A stretch of 63,157 bases of DNA, the filler included, from Octopus bimaculoides (Eukaryota): the NCBI RefSeq assembly GCF_001194135.2. It is 5 parts of 4 records of this genome, joined end to end, with 100 filler letters (N's around TTAATTAATTAA, not from the genome) between each part and the next. Parts side by side here need not be neighbours in the genome. Positions count along the whole stretch, not along the records: positions 14,073 to 40,160 come from NC_068986.1; positions 40,261 to 54,491 come from NC_068997.1; 3 more parts are not named here. One strand, given 5' to 3'. The stretch's first letter is position 1; each line of letters begins with the position of its first letter. Below are positions 38,530 through 51,329 of this stretch, piece after piece. Under the pieces are notes generated by a model. It was not told the DNA's origin. It saw only the letters and a program-made list of their open reading frames with translations, and ran no database searches. Both the position numbers and the translations under genes were made by a program.

Positions 38530-38990
38530 CTCTGGCACAGATCCTAGCACGCACACACACACACACACACATGCACACGCTACCACACACACACACACAC
38601 ACACACACACATGCACACGCTACCACACACACACACGCGCGCACACATGCACACAGACACAGACACACACAGATACACACAAGCACACACACACGCTACC
38701 ACACACACACACGCTACCACNNNNNNNNNNNNNNNNNNNNNNNNNNNNNNNNNNNNNNNNNNNNNNNNNNNNNNNNNNNNNNNNNNNNNNNNNNNNNNNN
38801 NNNNNNNNNNNNNNNNNNNNNNNNNNNNNNNNNNNNNNNNNNNNNNNNNNNNNNNNNNNNNNNNNNNNNNNNNNNNNNNNNNNNNNACACGCTACTACAC
38901 ACACACACGCTACTACACACACACACGCTACCACACACACACACACTACCACACACAAACACGCTACCACACACACGCACACACGCACGC
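38530..38990. repeat. CA-based minisatellite (CACACGCTACCACACACA)n spanning a gap
   Basis: GCTAC recurs within (CA)n. Confidence 0.9.
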
Positions 38991-38994
38991 ACAG

Positions 38995-39200
38995 TATCAG
39001 GAATTAACGGTCCTTTCTATAAGATTTCTTGGCTCCTCTCTAAACTCCTCAAGCAGCTCCCAAGACTCAAAGATATCGACCCCTCCAAACTTAAAACTAA
39101 CATGTACGAGAGAACCGTGCAGCTGCAGACTTTCATTTAAAGGAACTGAGGCGAGAGAGTGCATCCTCAATCCATGGTATAATTTGAAAATTTTCAGATA
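38995..39200 (+). mobile_element. Short Penelope-like RT fragment
   Basis: VSGINGPFYKISWLLSKLLKQL resembles the RPIVS..GP...L..L..L motif. Confidence 0.4.
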
Positions 39201-39500
39201 GAAGTGTACATGCTGTGTTTCGTGTACATTTGCAAGACGGCAAAGTGGGACAAGCAACTATCTCACGGTACACACAGGATCCTACGAAGATAAGTTGTCT
39301 AGATACAAGGGTGCAGAGAGTACGATGAGACACCTGACGTGCGCTGAGTTGAGAAAATAGCTGAGTTGGCGCAGACATAGGAAAACATCAATGACGACAC
39401 AATATTGTGGCGCATGTGTGTAACTGGATGTGAGTATACGAGATGTATGGATGTACGTTGTATTTGTTCATATATATATATATATATACATATATATTTA

Positions 39501-40160
39501 CCGTAAATCCTCGAGTATAGTCCAGCCTTGAGTATAACCATTACCATGGTTATAACCGGGCCCTATTACCATGCTCTTCAGCATATGATATAGCTTCAAG
39601 TTTAAACACAGCTGAATAAGATCTAACATAGCTGAATAAGTTCTACAAGGCATTTTATAGGCATGTAATGTATAAAATGTTTTATTGGAGATTAATGTAC
39701 AGGTTTAAGTCCCGCTTATAACAAACCCTAGTAAAGACCCACAGTAGTTCAAACATTTAATACCGGTATTTAATTAAGTTTCTAGTGTTTGCCACAGTAA
39801 TGGTGCAAACTGCCAATACAAACAGCAGGATGAACTATTTAGCGCTAAACTATTAAGCACAATTCGTGCGTAATTAAACCAGTAGCACCTAGTCGAACAA
39901 ACACTTCCGTGCATGCGTAATACAATAATGGTAATGTTCTTAACTGTTATATGGCAATGTAAATATGTTTGCAAATTGTTTTTGTTACATGTTATTCTGT
40001 GTTCTGAATACTTTTATTTTAATAAATGTTGCTTACTGCAAGTTATGGATGATTCCTTTATGACTTCATTGCTTTCAGGCTTAGCTTAAGGTATTTTCGC
40101 GCCTGACATCACAAAATGCGTCTGAATAAATATTGCCGGACAACAAATAGAGACTCGGAC
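39501..40160 (+). mobile_element. pogo/Tigger-like non-autonomous DNA transposon, left end
   Basis: TA|CCGTAAATCCTCGAGTATAG TIR-like start. The right end would fall in the spacer gap. Confidence 0.5.
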
Positions 40161-40260
40161 NNNNNNNNNNNNNNNNNNNNNNNNNNNNNNNNNNNNNNNN
40201 NNNNTTAATTAATTAANNNNNNNNNNNNNNNNNNNNNNNNNNNNNNNNNNNNNNNNNNNN

Positions 40261-40295
<35 letters not shown>

Positions 40296-40833
40296 CATAG
40301 ATTACAAAGATGCATATATAAACGCACACATGTATATCGTTTTTGTTTCCCTTATTGCTTGGTATTTCTGCTTCATGATTCACTTCAAAGGCGTGCGACA
40401 GCAAGAAATGTGAATATGTCCCTGAACTCTAGCTTTCGATCTTATTCTGCTGAACCGCTTTTGTTTTTTAATTGATTAAATAGCCGATGCTGATTAAGAC
40501 AAATCAGTCCAGTACATCTTATGAAAAGAATATGGAAGCAGTGATGTGACGAAAACACGCATGCACGCACAAAATCGCCAATACTAACACGCATAGATAT
40601 TTTCAAACTGACATGTATATATTCACCCATGTATATATCGATAATTGTATATATATATATATATGTTTGTAGCCATGTATGTATATATGTATGCACGCAT
40701 ATATCGATAGCTGTAGGTATATTATTATATGCATGCACAAGGTGTATATTATTGTACGCATTTCTAGTTATTTAATCTGTTCTCTCGTAAAGCTTCGTTC
40801 TTCTTCACACTCTTTATCTTTACCTTTGTATAT

Positions 40834-40873
<40 letters not shown>

Positions 40874-43192
40874 TTGTACAGATAGCGAGAGTGTTTGAGA
40901 AAGAGAGAAATACAGAGAGAGAAAGAGAGAAGTAGAGAGAGAGAGAGAAAGAGTATAGAAGTAAAATAATTTAACCCTGATCCTTCAAAGAACTGAGTAA
41001 TTAACCGAGAGCAACAACAACCATGTGGAAACATCTTGTAATTTATTTTGGTAAGTTCACTTTCTTTTATTGCTTGTTTGCTTTCTTTTTGTGTTGTTGT
41101 TGTTGTTGTTGTTTTTCTTGTGCAATACTTCATCAACTTGGGTCACGCAGATTTAGAACCAAATGTGTTGCAGATTTGACTCTGTGGTGACTTTCTTGTG
41201 ACGTAATCTATGTAGAAGCACATTATTCCTTGAGACCTTCATGGCTTTAAAAGTGATATTAGGATTCATAATAATGAGAGATTTAGTTGCTCTTTCTAGC
41301 AGACTGAAGGTATCCTTAAAGGATTCCCCAGGTAAATTGAAGAACTTTAGGCTGAAATCTGTGCTCTTTGTTTTTGGTGCTGTTTAACCTTGGGTCAGGT
41401 TTGATACAGCAGATCTATTATAAAAGACGTTCCAGCTATGATCATTCCATCGGAATCAGGTTAGGTATAATGTATCAAGAACTACCTTGTCGAGTCGGCC
41501 CCTATATTTTTGAAACAGCTGCGTAGGATTTGAGGCAAATTTCGTTACTATTTCTTTCACCTTGACCGTATGGATAAATAGCAAAATCGGTGTGACAAGC
41601 TTTGAACTCAGGAAGCAAATAAATGAAACAAGTCATATGATGTTCTACCCCACCACCACTTATTGTGTAGCCCCAAACTCAGCGCCCACTGGGTACCCAG
41701 TTATGCTCAAATGTATTCCAGCATTGATCAGCCAGTAGGAATACTATACCTTAATCTGCTTTATTCAATAGGTTTTAGTTTTCTAAAGCACGATATCTTT
41801 AAATATCTTTAAAGTGTTTCAGCTCTAGCGCTGCGCGATGTACAGTATTTGAGAAATATTTGGCAGCTATTTTTACTAAGAGACTAACTGGCATAGTCTT
41901 TGGCAAAAATCTTGTATCATATACACCTTTCATGGTATCATTGATAACTTATGTTCAAAGAACAACGTGGTGGTGTACTGGACCGAGTTAGCATAGAAAT
42001 CCTGTCTAGACACCCTGATGACGCATCGTTACGGCAAATACAAGAGTCAGTCCTCATAACTGAAACACGACCAATTTTGAATCGCAATTACACGTAGATA
42101 AAAGCCTTACAATTATCCATGGTTGCAGATGTTGTTCACACATAAAATACAGAACGTGAACGTAAATAAAAAAGATGCATTTACGAAGAAAACAGAAAAT
42201 AACAGAAAGGAAACAAAAACCAAGTCCAAAGTCTCTATCTTATCTGATATGAATGAAATTCAACAAACACACATATGGACGCACATGCTTACATATAAGC
42301 ATGAACACATACGAGCGTGCACACACTCACATGCTCATACCGGACAATTTCAAAACAACACTAAATCATTCATTCAAAATAAATGGAAGTGAAGAGACAA
42401 GTTACTGAAGAGATTGCAAGAATGCAATGAAATGATTTAACAAAAAAAAAAAAAAGAAACTAAAAACTAAATACTGTTTATAAATGAATAAAGGGCTGAC
42501 CAGTACATGTGTTTATTACCGGCATAGTGCCTCTCCCAAGGTTTAAATGTATTTCTTTCAACACACGTATCCACATCAAGAATCTTGCACACCAAATACA
42601 CATACGAAATTATATAATATTATATTAAATATCAAAGGATTCATAGTATATATAAATTAGTAAAATATAATATATTTATTTATACATAAAAATAGAGGTG
42701 GGGGCGTTTAGAGTGTTATGTAACCATGAGGGGGGCGGTTTAGAAATATTTCCAAACTCAGCTATAGGTAACAACACAAACCCTACCCGCCCCATAGTAC
42801 ACATATACATTAAACCGAAAAACTAACAATGACTGTCCTTCAGCAAAACCAGAAAATGTTCTATCGATCGCCGCAATTCTAGAAACAAATCGCCTTATAA
42901 ATATGAAGAAATGATAGATTCAACCAAATATATTTTGCTCATTAAATTTACCCTTCTTACTATCAAAAAAAAAACAACAACTTATTAAAATCAATGCTAT
43001 TCTAACCTCACTAGAAATTCTTCGTGAATACGAACTCAAATATATATATTTAGAATTAGAAAAGAAATCAGTTCCTCTTAGTGAATAAATCTCAACTCAC
43101 TAAAACTAGAAGTTATAGCTCTTCGAACGTGATTCAGCGGTTACTTGATAATTACATATTTTATTTGTATATATTTTCTCTTCTCATTTCAG

Positions 43193-43231
43193 TGTTTCAT
43201 ATATTACTGAAGACCCAGGGAGCAGGTACAG
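43193..43231 (+). CDS. PAN-domain gene, short phase 1-1 exon (end of a putative signal peptide)
   Basis: TTTCAG|...ACAG|GTATGT, 39 nt, (V)FHILLKTQGAGT. Joins in frame to 45023. Confidence 0.5.
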
Positions 43232-43613
43232 GTATGTACATTGAGAAATACTTTCCCTCCGTATGTGCTCCGAATATATAGTGCGTGTGTTTATTTGTCA
43301 CAAAGCAAAATAACCATATCGAAATACAACAGTATCTGTTTCAACATACGGTTTCACATCAGGGAATCTTCCAACACAAATTCATAAACGTATACACATA
43401 CACACACACATATGTATATATATATATATATATGTTAGGATCCACAATGAGCAGAACTTACTTGCGGGTATTGGTAGTGCAAATCAGAGGTGCAATCTGT
43501 GTGGGTGTTTTTTCAAAACACTGTCTGGTTTAAAAAGCCACATCAGACGCCATGAAAGGGCTAAGGTGTAGGTGCAGGAGGTGGTCAAACTCTGTTTAAG
43601 GAGTAGACAACCA

Positions 43614-43656
<43 letters not shown>

Positions 43657-43911
43657 GAGAGAGAGAGGGAGAGAGAATATGAGGGGTTTAGTTCACTAGT
43701 GATCTAAGCATATAGGTACGCTGGGTAAGTGCTATAACTAGTCATCTGTTAGGTTCCAAGTTCACAGCTGAGGCTGGAGCTACGGATCGCTACTAGTCTT
43801 CCGTGTTAGCCGGTATATATTATATTAGAGAGAAAAGGACAACAAAAGCCAAAGCAAGGCGAGTAACTCAAGTCATTTAGAATAATTTAATTAGGGTAAT
43901 GTGAATTTGAA

Positions 43912-43988
43912 GCCTTACAGCTGTTTCTGGGTTATCCCATGTGATAGGATAGCATGCCTGTACACTGTGTATTCCGTCATCGGAGACA
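43912..43988 (-). ncRNA. Hammerhead-like motif, copy 1
   Basis: GTCT-CCGATGA...ACCCA-GAAA-CAGCTG-TA-AGGC. The core has U4>C. Stem I GTCT/AGGC. Confidence 0.5.
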
Positions 43989-44250
43989 AGGTATGTTTGA
44001 AAGTTGTGGACAGGGAGGTTCACAGTTTATAAGGAATAAAATACCTTGGATTACTCATCTTTTCCGGAGGGTCTAGAGGTTGGTCCGTATAGGCTCTTAG
44101 GTAAAATCTCATTCCCTCTCGAAAAAGATGAGTTGTGAAATTTATTCTCCTGTCTGTATTCTTCTGTCTACTTTTACTCTTTATTCTTCTATTTTATTCC
44201 TTATAAAACTATGAATTTCCCTGTCTAGAACTTTCATACATACTCACTCT

Positions 44251-44326
44251 GTCTCTGATGATAGAACACCCAGTGTACGGACACGCTAGCCTATCACATG
44301 GGATATCCCAGAGACAGCTGTAAAAC
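44251..44326 (+). ncRNA. Hammerhead-like motif, copy 2
   Basis: GTCT-CTGATGA...TATCCCA-GAGA-CAGCTG-TA-AAAC. GAAA is mutated to GAGA. Confidence 0.5.
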
Positions 44327-44717
44327 TTCAAATTCACCTTAACCTAGTTAGATTATTCTAAACGAATTGAGATACTCGTTCTGCCTTGGTTTTTGTTAAC
44401 TTTTTCCTTGTAATATATACATATATATATATAATCAAAATAAGTAACAGGATATCAAGTATTAGTGCAATACGACCGTTTTAAGAGGCTCCATTGAATT
44501 GAACAATGCAAGTATTGCATCTATTTAAATACAGCGCTATCTACAGTTGCAAGAAATATGGATTTTCAACAGACAAGATATATTGATATAATTTTTCTCA
44601 AATATATACAAACATATATTCATTTACATAGATATTTATATATAAATATGTATGTGCACATATACATACGAATACACATGTACACTCTTACATAAGTTAG
44701 CGAACACAAACACTCTT

Positions 44718-44970
44718 TACTTGTTTCAGTCATTTGACTGCGGCCATGCTGGAGCACCGCCTTTAGTCGAGCAAATCGACCCCAGGACTTATTCTTTGGA
44801 AGCCTAGTACTTATTCTCTCGGTCTCTTTTTGCCGAACCGCTAAGTTACGGGGACGTAAACATACCAGCATCGGTTGTCAAGTGATGTTGGGGGGACAAA
44901 CACACACACACAAACACACACACACATACATATACATATACATGTATACGACAGGCTTTTTTCAGTTTGA
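44718..44970 (+). mobile_element. Abundant non-autonomous interspersed repeat (pieces also at ~53360-53430, 58335-58810, 60208-60320)
   Basis: TTGTTTCAGTCATTTGACTGCGGCCATGCTGGAGCACCGCC...GTACTTATTCT.TCGGTCTCTTTT recurs. Confidence 0.75.
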
Positions 44971-45022
44971 TCAAACATTTTGTCGTATCATATTTTGTGT
45001 ATAATATCCTATATTGTTACAG

Positions 45023-45268
45023 AATCGGATTTTCCAGGTAGAAATAAATTCGTGAAAGTCCTCAATGCTCAATTCCCTTCGACTATTAAGAAAGAACCAA
45101 AGACACTAACAATTTCAGAGTGTGCAAATGAATGTTTGAAAGTGCTAACATGTTATTCTTTTGCTATCAACGAATCGATATCCAGATGTTTACTGTACCC
45201 GACATGGACTGGCAAAGTCAGACTTATTAGTGCATCAGATTACAACTACTATCAGAAAATAAGATCAG
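45023..45268 (+). CDS. PAN/apple domain exon 1
   Basis: TTACAG| and TCAG|GTAAAT, 246 nt, phase 1-1. SECANECLKVLTCYSFAINESISRCLLY...DYNYY is the C-x3-C-x5-C..C PAN pattern. Confidence 0.9.
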
Positions 45269-45284
45269 GTAAATATTCTTGTTG

Positions 45285-45345
45285 TTTCTTCTTCTTCTTC
45301 TTCTTCTTCTTCTTCTTCTTCTTCTTCTTCTTCTTCTTCTTCTTC

Positions 45346-45391
<46 letters not shown>

Positions 45392-45400
45392 ACATCATCA
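45285..45400. repeat. (CTT)n(CAT)n intronic trinucleotide array
   Basis: Directly visible, starting ~17 nt after the donor site. Confidence 0.98.
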
Positions 45401-45718
45401 TCATTATTATTATTTTTAAGAGAGAGAGCAGTGCATGCCATCAAAGTGACACTGGGGTAGAAATATACGAAGCCCATTAGCATAACGCTTAGCAGTATTT
45501 CGTTCGTCCTTACGTTCTGAGCTCAAATTCTGCCGAGGTTGATTTTTGCCGTTCATCCTTTCGGCGTCGATGAAAAAAGTACCACGCGAGTACTTTTTGT
45601 AATTGTTGTTATTACAAATTACAAATTTGTAATTGATTGTATTTATTTTTATAAATGATTTTATTTATTTATTCATTTATTTATTTATTTATTTTGGTTT
45701 TTTTTTTTTTCGTGACAG

Positions 45719-45952
45719 TGAAATGTCCAGTCAACGTTATTTACGGTGGTATGCTTCCAAGTGCAGAAAATATCCCCGAGCCAGAGCCGAAAACTTACTT
45801 TTTTTGTATGAAAGCTTGTAAAGACAATGCTTCGTGTTATTCTACCAACTATGACACAGACACATCCACATGCTACCTGAGTCACAGAACTTCCAGGAGT
45901 GCCATTATCACATTACAACCGAATAACTGGATATACACTGAAATAGATAGAT
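45719..45952 (+). CDS. PAN/apple domain exon 2
   Basis: GACAG| and AGAT|GTAAGC, 234 nt, phase 1-1. FCMKACKDNASCYSTNYDTDTSTCYLS...WIY. Confidence 0.9.
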
Positions 45953-46197
45953 GTAAGCCAACGTTTTAGTCTGTCTGTCGATCTATCCAATCCAACCTTC
46001 CATTCTCATGCAAAATTCTACACATACGTATATGTATACATATATATGTATATATACATGTATACAATGTATGTACACACACTCTATCTCTCCCTCCCCC
46101 CTCTCTCTCTCTCTCACCCACACATACATTATATACATCATATGTATTATACACATTATATACATATATATATGTGTGTGTGTATATTTTTGTGGTT

Positions 46198-46229
<32 letters not shown>

Positions 46230-46237
46230 ATATACAT

Positions 46238-46276
<39 letters not shown>

Positions 46277-46633
46277 AAGGAGCAAAAGGTAATACTATGC
46301 CACTTTGTAATAACCTTATTATTAGTATTAATACACACACACATACGTAGACAAACCCACATCCACACACATAAATTATCCAGATGGGTACCGTACAAGC
46401 ACTCGGTTATAATCCGGATTCAGGCTAACCACATCAAGTTGTAAGGACCAACTCGGATTACCTAGCGTGAAAAATCGCACTGTAATTCACCGATAGACAA
46501 ATCATGGTTTCGCTTCGCTGGATTATGAATACGGAGATTAATACACAGATTAATACAACTACATATTTTATTCCTACAGTCAATTATACAACATATTTAG
46601 ATTAAATTTGTTCGGCGTACATTTCTGCTGCAT

Positions 46634-47016
46634 GTTGGCACTCCGTCGCTTACGACGTCGAGGGTTCCAGTTGATCCGATCAACGAAACAGCCTGCTCTT
46701 GAAATTAACGTGCAAGTGACTGAGCACTCCACAGACACGTCTACCCTTAACGTAGTTCTCGGGGATATTCAACGTGACACACAGTGTGACAAGGCTGACC
46801 CTTTGAATTACAGGCACAACAGAAACAGGAAGTAAGAGTGAGAGAAAGTTGTGGTGAAAGAGTACAGCAGGGTTCGTCACCATTCCCTGCCGGAGCCTCG
46901 TGGAGCTATAGGTGTTTTCACTCAATAAACACTCACAACGCCCGGTCTGGGAATCGAAACCGCGATCCTACGACCGCGAGTCCTCTGCCCTAACCACTGG
47001 GCCATTGCGCCTCCAC
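46634..47016 (-). mobile_element. Full-length tRNA-derived SINE
   Basis: A box TGGCCCAGTGG, B box GGTTTCGATTCC, and a 10-bp TSD TCTGCTGCAT (46624-46633, 47017-47026). Confidence 0.9.
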
Positions 47017-47617
47017 TCTGCTGCATAGAATTAATAGATTCAATTGCACTTGAATCCAATTATTTTCTAGTGGTTAGCATTCCATACGACTTTGTTCAAG
47101 ATTCGATCGTGGATATGGTCTGAAACGAACTAAGTTTATGTCTGGGTAATGTTATTTAGTTAGGTTACGAAAGTTTTTGAGATAAAAGTGTATTAGGGGA
47201 GATTTAGTAACTTGATATGGCTACAAAGACTACAATGTGGTTGGCTTAGGTTTAAGTTTTAAATTGTAGTGTATGTATGGGAGTGTGTTGGTGTATCTCA
47301 GGTTCCGATTTAGACCCATAGAGACCCTAAGCACTTAAATGATATCGGTGCTCCAATGTGTATCTAATTCAAAATATAAACAATAATAAATAATAAAATA
47401 AATTTTTCCAATCATATGAACCACTTTGAATATATTTTAGCAAGTTTAAACAGATTTCTTTTGTGCCTTAAACAGTTTAGCATTTCGTGGTACCCTCCTT
47501 CACTTTATGCCTGAAGAAGGTACTTGTTATGCTTAATGGTAAATCAAGCGATGGTGTATGTATTTTAAGTATACGTTTATACACAATTAATAGTAAAATT
47601 ACGACGTTGTATTTCAG

Positions 47618-47707
47618 ACAGGTTTGACAACGAAATGGAAGTTTTGGTGAATATGAACAAAAACGGATGTCATGTGAAATTTCTATTTCATCTCAGTATG
47701 ATAGGGG
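47618..47707 (+). CDS. PAN gene linker exon
   Basis: ATTTCAG| and GGGG|GTAAG, 90 nt, phase 1-1, open only in the required frame: (Y)RFDNEMEVLVNMNKNGCHVKFLFHLSMIG. Confidence 0.6.
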
Positions 47708-48451
47708 GTAAGATGAAGTTTCCAGTAAATTATTTCTGTATCATTTTTATTTTAGTCGCACTTAAATAAAAGATCTCAATGACAATGTGGACGCTATCCG
47801 ATCGTTTTATTTGTAACAGGTTGACTGATATTTGCTATTCTGTTTCACATTAGATCCATTTAACTTCTGTAATGTTACTTTCTTTGTGTTGGTGTCCTAT
47901 ATTTGGAATTCTTCATTGGCATTCTATAAAATTTATTTCTTGTCAATTGATAAAATTTATTTTACTTTATTTTTTATACATATAAATAATTTAATATTTA
48001 TATTTTATGCATCTCAATTTTGATTTCAGTAATATTTACTCTTTGTCTCTAAGAAGCGATGCCGGTACAAAGAGTAGACTAGAAAGAGAGATTCTTGCAC
48101 AGGAGCGATAATATTCTCATTTAAATGACCGTAGAACGTTCGGTATGGCCTTAAGTTGATAACATGGGAGAGCACAAAATGAGAGAGAAAAGGCATTTCA
48201 ATTTAGTGACGTTACAAGCTTGCTTCCCTAAGACACCATATTTTTCTCTAAATTTTCCCTGCTTATTTTCCACTTCTAACTTTAGATTTTTTAAGCTTTA
48301 ATTATCGTGTCCAGTACTTTTTCAGGTTCGATTAATTAAGTTTATTATAACCCCTGCGTCAGTATGTTCTCTACAAATATATAGAGACGCGCACAGACAT
48401 AATACAAGCATACAACACACACACATACAAATGTATGCATATACAAACACG

Positions 48452-48700
48452 GATGTTTCGAAAGTAAGGTAAATGTGGGCATAACTTTTTTATTAACTGA
48501 CATTGGTCATTGAAGATACCCATATTGACAAAGCAGCACTTCCCCTATACCAATGTACTACTCACAAGAATCTTCACCCAGGTGATGCATTTGTACCATC
48601 TTTGAACATAACTCACGAATTCTCTTTGAGAAATATTAAATACGAAACTTTGGGAAATTTCAGTTTTCATTTGCCTCATAATGGCGTCTCTAATCCTTCT
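48452..48700 (-). mobile_element. mariner 3' end remnant
   Basis: Minus strand YVQRWYKCITLGEDSCE resembles the ..RW.KCI...GDY.E C-terminus. Confidence 0.45.
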
Positions 48701-48808
48701 AAGTATTATTAAAAGTTATATAGAGATATATCTTATCAAACTCACGCATACAAACAACATAGACACACACTCAAGCACACACGCACACACACACACACAT
48801 ATATATAC

Positions 48809-48840
<32 letters not shown>

Positions 48841-48954
48841 NNNNNNNNNNNNNNNNNNNNNNNNNNNNNNNNNNNNNNNNNNNNNNNNNNNNNNNNNNNN
48901 NNNNNNNNNNNNNNNNNNNNNNNNNNNNNNNNNNNNNNNNNNNNNNNNNNNNNT

Positions 48955-49210
48955 AGTCTGTGATTTTTGTCATTGACAGGAAGTCGGGACAAAGAGTCAA
49001 CATGAAAGTTTGCGTTAAACTTAGGATGTCTGCTACCGAGACATTGAGCATACTTCGTCAAGATTACAGGCTGACGAGGCAAGCGTCAAACGCAATGTTT
49101 CGAGTGGCATGGGCGCTTCAAAAGCGGAAGAAGATCTCCGGAAGACGATGCGCGATCTGGAAGACCGATGACGGGCATCACCCTGGAAATGTGAAGAAAT
49201 GTCCCCTGTC
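48955..49210 (+). mobile_element. mariner transposase N-terminal fragment
   Basis: QRVNMKVCVKLRMSATETLSILRQ...FEWHGRFKSGRRSPEDDARSGRP (frameshifted). Confidence 0.75.
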
Positions 49211-49477
49211 TCCGAACTCTTCTGACTCACAAGGCTTTGGTCGGCCCGAGGCTATAGTAGAAGACACTTGCCCAAGATGCCATGCAGTGGGACTGAACCC
49301 GGAGCCATGTGGTTCAGTGGTTGGTAAGCAAGCTACTTACCACACAGCCACTCCTTTCTTCCAGGAAAATTGACACCTGACTCTTCAAAGAAAGCTTCAA
49401 ATGTAACTAATAGAAACTCTTCATGAAAATGGACAAAATTTGTCATCGTGGTGTTAGCAATTTGGCATCGTGGCGTT

Positions 49478-49538
<61 letters not shown>

Positions 49539-49543
49539 CAGAC

Positions 49544-49578
<35 letters not shown>

Positions 49579-49579
49579 C

Positions 49580-49630
<51 letters not shown>

Positions 49631-49808
49631 CAGACAGATAGATAGATAGATAGATAGATAGATAGTATATGAATAAAAATACATCTGAGTCTGCATGTAT
49701 GGGCGCGTGTATGTGTTTTTAAATGAATGAAGGCGTAGATATATGAACATTCACGAATATAAATACAGAATTTTGTAACAGATGTTCCTTCTTTTCCTAT
49801 TTTTACAG

Positions 49809-50005
49809 AGAGAAGCGCTCTTAGCAGTGACTCTATGAAGAGGAGTGCTCGTTTTAAGGGTCAACAGAATACATTTGGCGACATAATGATGATAACATTC
49901 AAATTTGTCGATGGCAGAATGGCGTGTGCAATCAAATGCATGGAAACTCTGGGATGTGTAGGATTCAGATATTACTCAGACTGTGAAATAGCTCTAAAGT
50001 ACTGA
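49809..50005 (+). CDS. PAN gene terminal coding exon (third PAN-like module)
   Basis: Polypyrimidine tract and TTACAG|. ...GRMACAIKCMETLGCVGFRYYSDCEIALKY* with TGA at 50003-50005. Confidence 0.75.
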
Positions 50006-50039
50006 TTTTGGAAAGAATGTTTTAAAATATATTCTTCAC

Positions 50040-50143
50040 ATGAATGCACCCACATACGCACACACCTACACATATGCAAACGCCTACACACAAACTCTCA
50101 TGCACACACTCACACAAATACTTACACACGTAAACACACACAG

Positions 50144-50231
<88 letters not shown>

Positions 50232-50800
50232 ACATATACGAGAACACACGCGGGTTAACACATCATTACACACACTTGCATACATACAAATACACAAACA
50301 CAAGTTCGCATACACATGTGGCACACACAGCTACACACCTATATACACACCAGCGCGCACCTGCAAACATGTTCTTGCGCTCCAGGTAAACACATACATT
50401 TAAACGCACTCACATGCCCCTACACTCATACACGTGTATACACATGTATACACACACAGACACGCACATACATTGACACACAGACACTGAGACCTGCTTA
50501 CGCACACACGTATAAACATACGTACACGCGCTCTCACACACACACACTCACACTCACACACACATGTACACGCGTATGTACACACAAACGTACACACCTC
50601 CTGACCTACACACGCATACGCACACATTCACACGCACATGTACAGATACACGTGAACAGGCACACGTACAGAAATACTGGCCCACATACGCTACACACAC
50701 ACATACATACACTCTCACGCGCACACACAGATATATACACACACGCGCACACACAGATATACACGCGCACGCGCGCGCATATATTTACACGCACAGAGAA
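50040..50800. repeat. Long degenerate (CA)n/alternating purine-pyrimidine tract
   Basis: Directly visible. Confidence 0.9.
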
Positions 50801-51329
50801 AATATATGTGTTTTTTGTTGCAGGATTTACAGAAATCTGAGACATTCTTCTCATTTCGAAAGATATCCTAGGTTGTCCATAATATATATTGGAAATATAT
50901 AAGTTCCCCGATTAACTTTGTATTAGCAATGGTTTTGAAAATAACTTCATTGTCACAACGGTGTTTCTATCTGGAAGCTACAAGTATCACAAAGGCTTCG
51001 TGACACTGACCAACAATTATTTTGAAATTTAGCACGTGTTCGAATTTTAATTGCACTAATTTCTTTTATGGATGTGAAATAATTCTATGTCAAATATTTC
51101 TGAAATATATTTCCCATTTTTTTAATGCTTTATATATCTAATGCAGACGCTTATCTAAAAGCGCACATACTCACAAACAGATATATCGCCATATACGCAT
51201 ATACACGCAAATATGCATACACACATTTGTGCCTACAGGTATGCATATATGCCTACATACGAAAATAGATACATACACTCATACACACACACAAATACAT
51301 ACAAATGCACACACATACGCACGCACTCA

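Larger units (their letters stand above)
43875..44350. repeat. Inverted repeat (~43875-44048 / ~44190-44350), probable Penelope pseudo-LTR pair
   Basis: TATTTTATTCCTTATAAA..CCCTGTC...CTATCACATGGGATA.CCCAGA.ACAGCTGTAA..CTTCAAATTCAC occurs on both strands. Confidence 0.85.

Noticed and set aside
44980-45480. Single ORF with poly-Phe/poly-Ile membrane tail
   Set aside because: Read-through past the donor at 45268 into the intronic (CTT)n(CAT)n array.
46940-47016. tRNA gene
   Set aside because: The tRNA-like head continues into a SINE body with a TSD, and there is no complete acceptor stem.
50022-50902. His/Thr- or Cys/Val-rich ORFs (also ~20384-20940, 37572-38127, 46008-46444)
   Set aside because: Translations of CA/TG/TA microsatellites.
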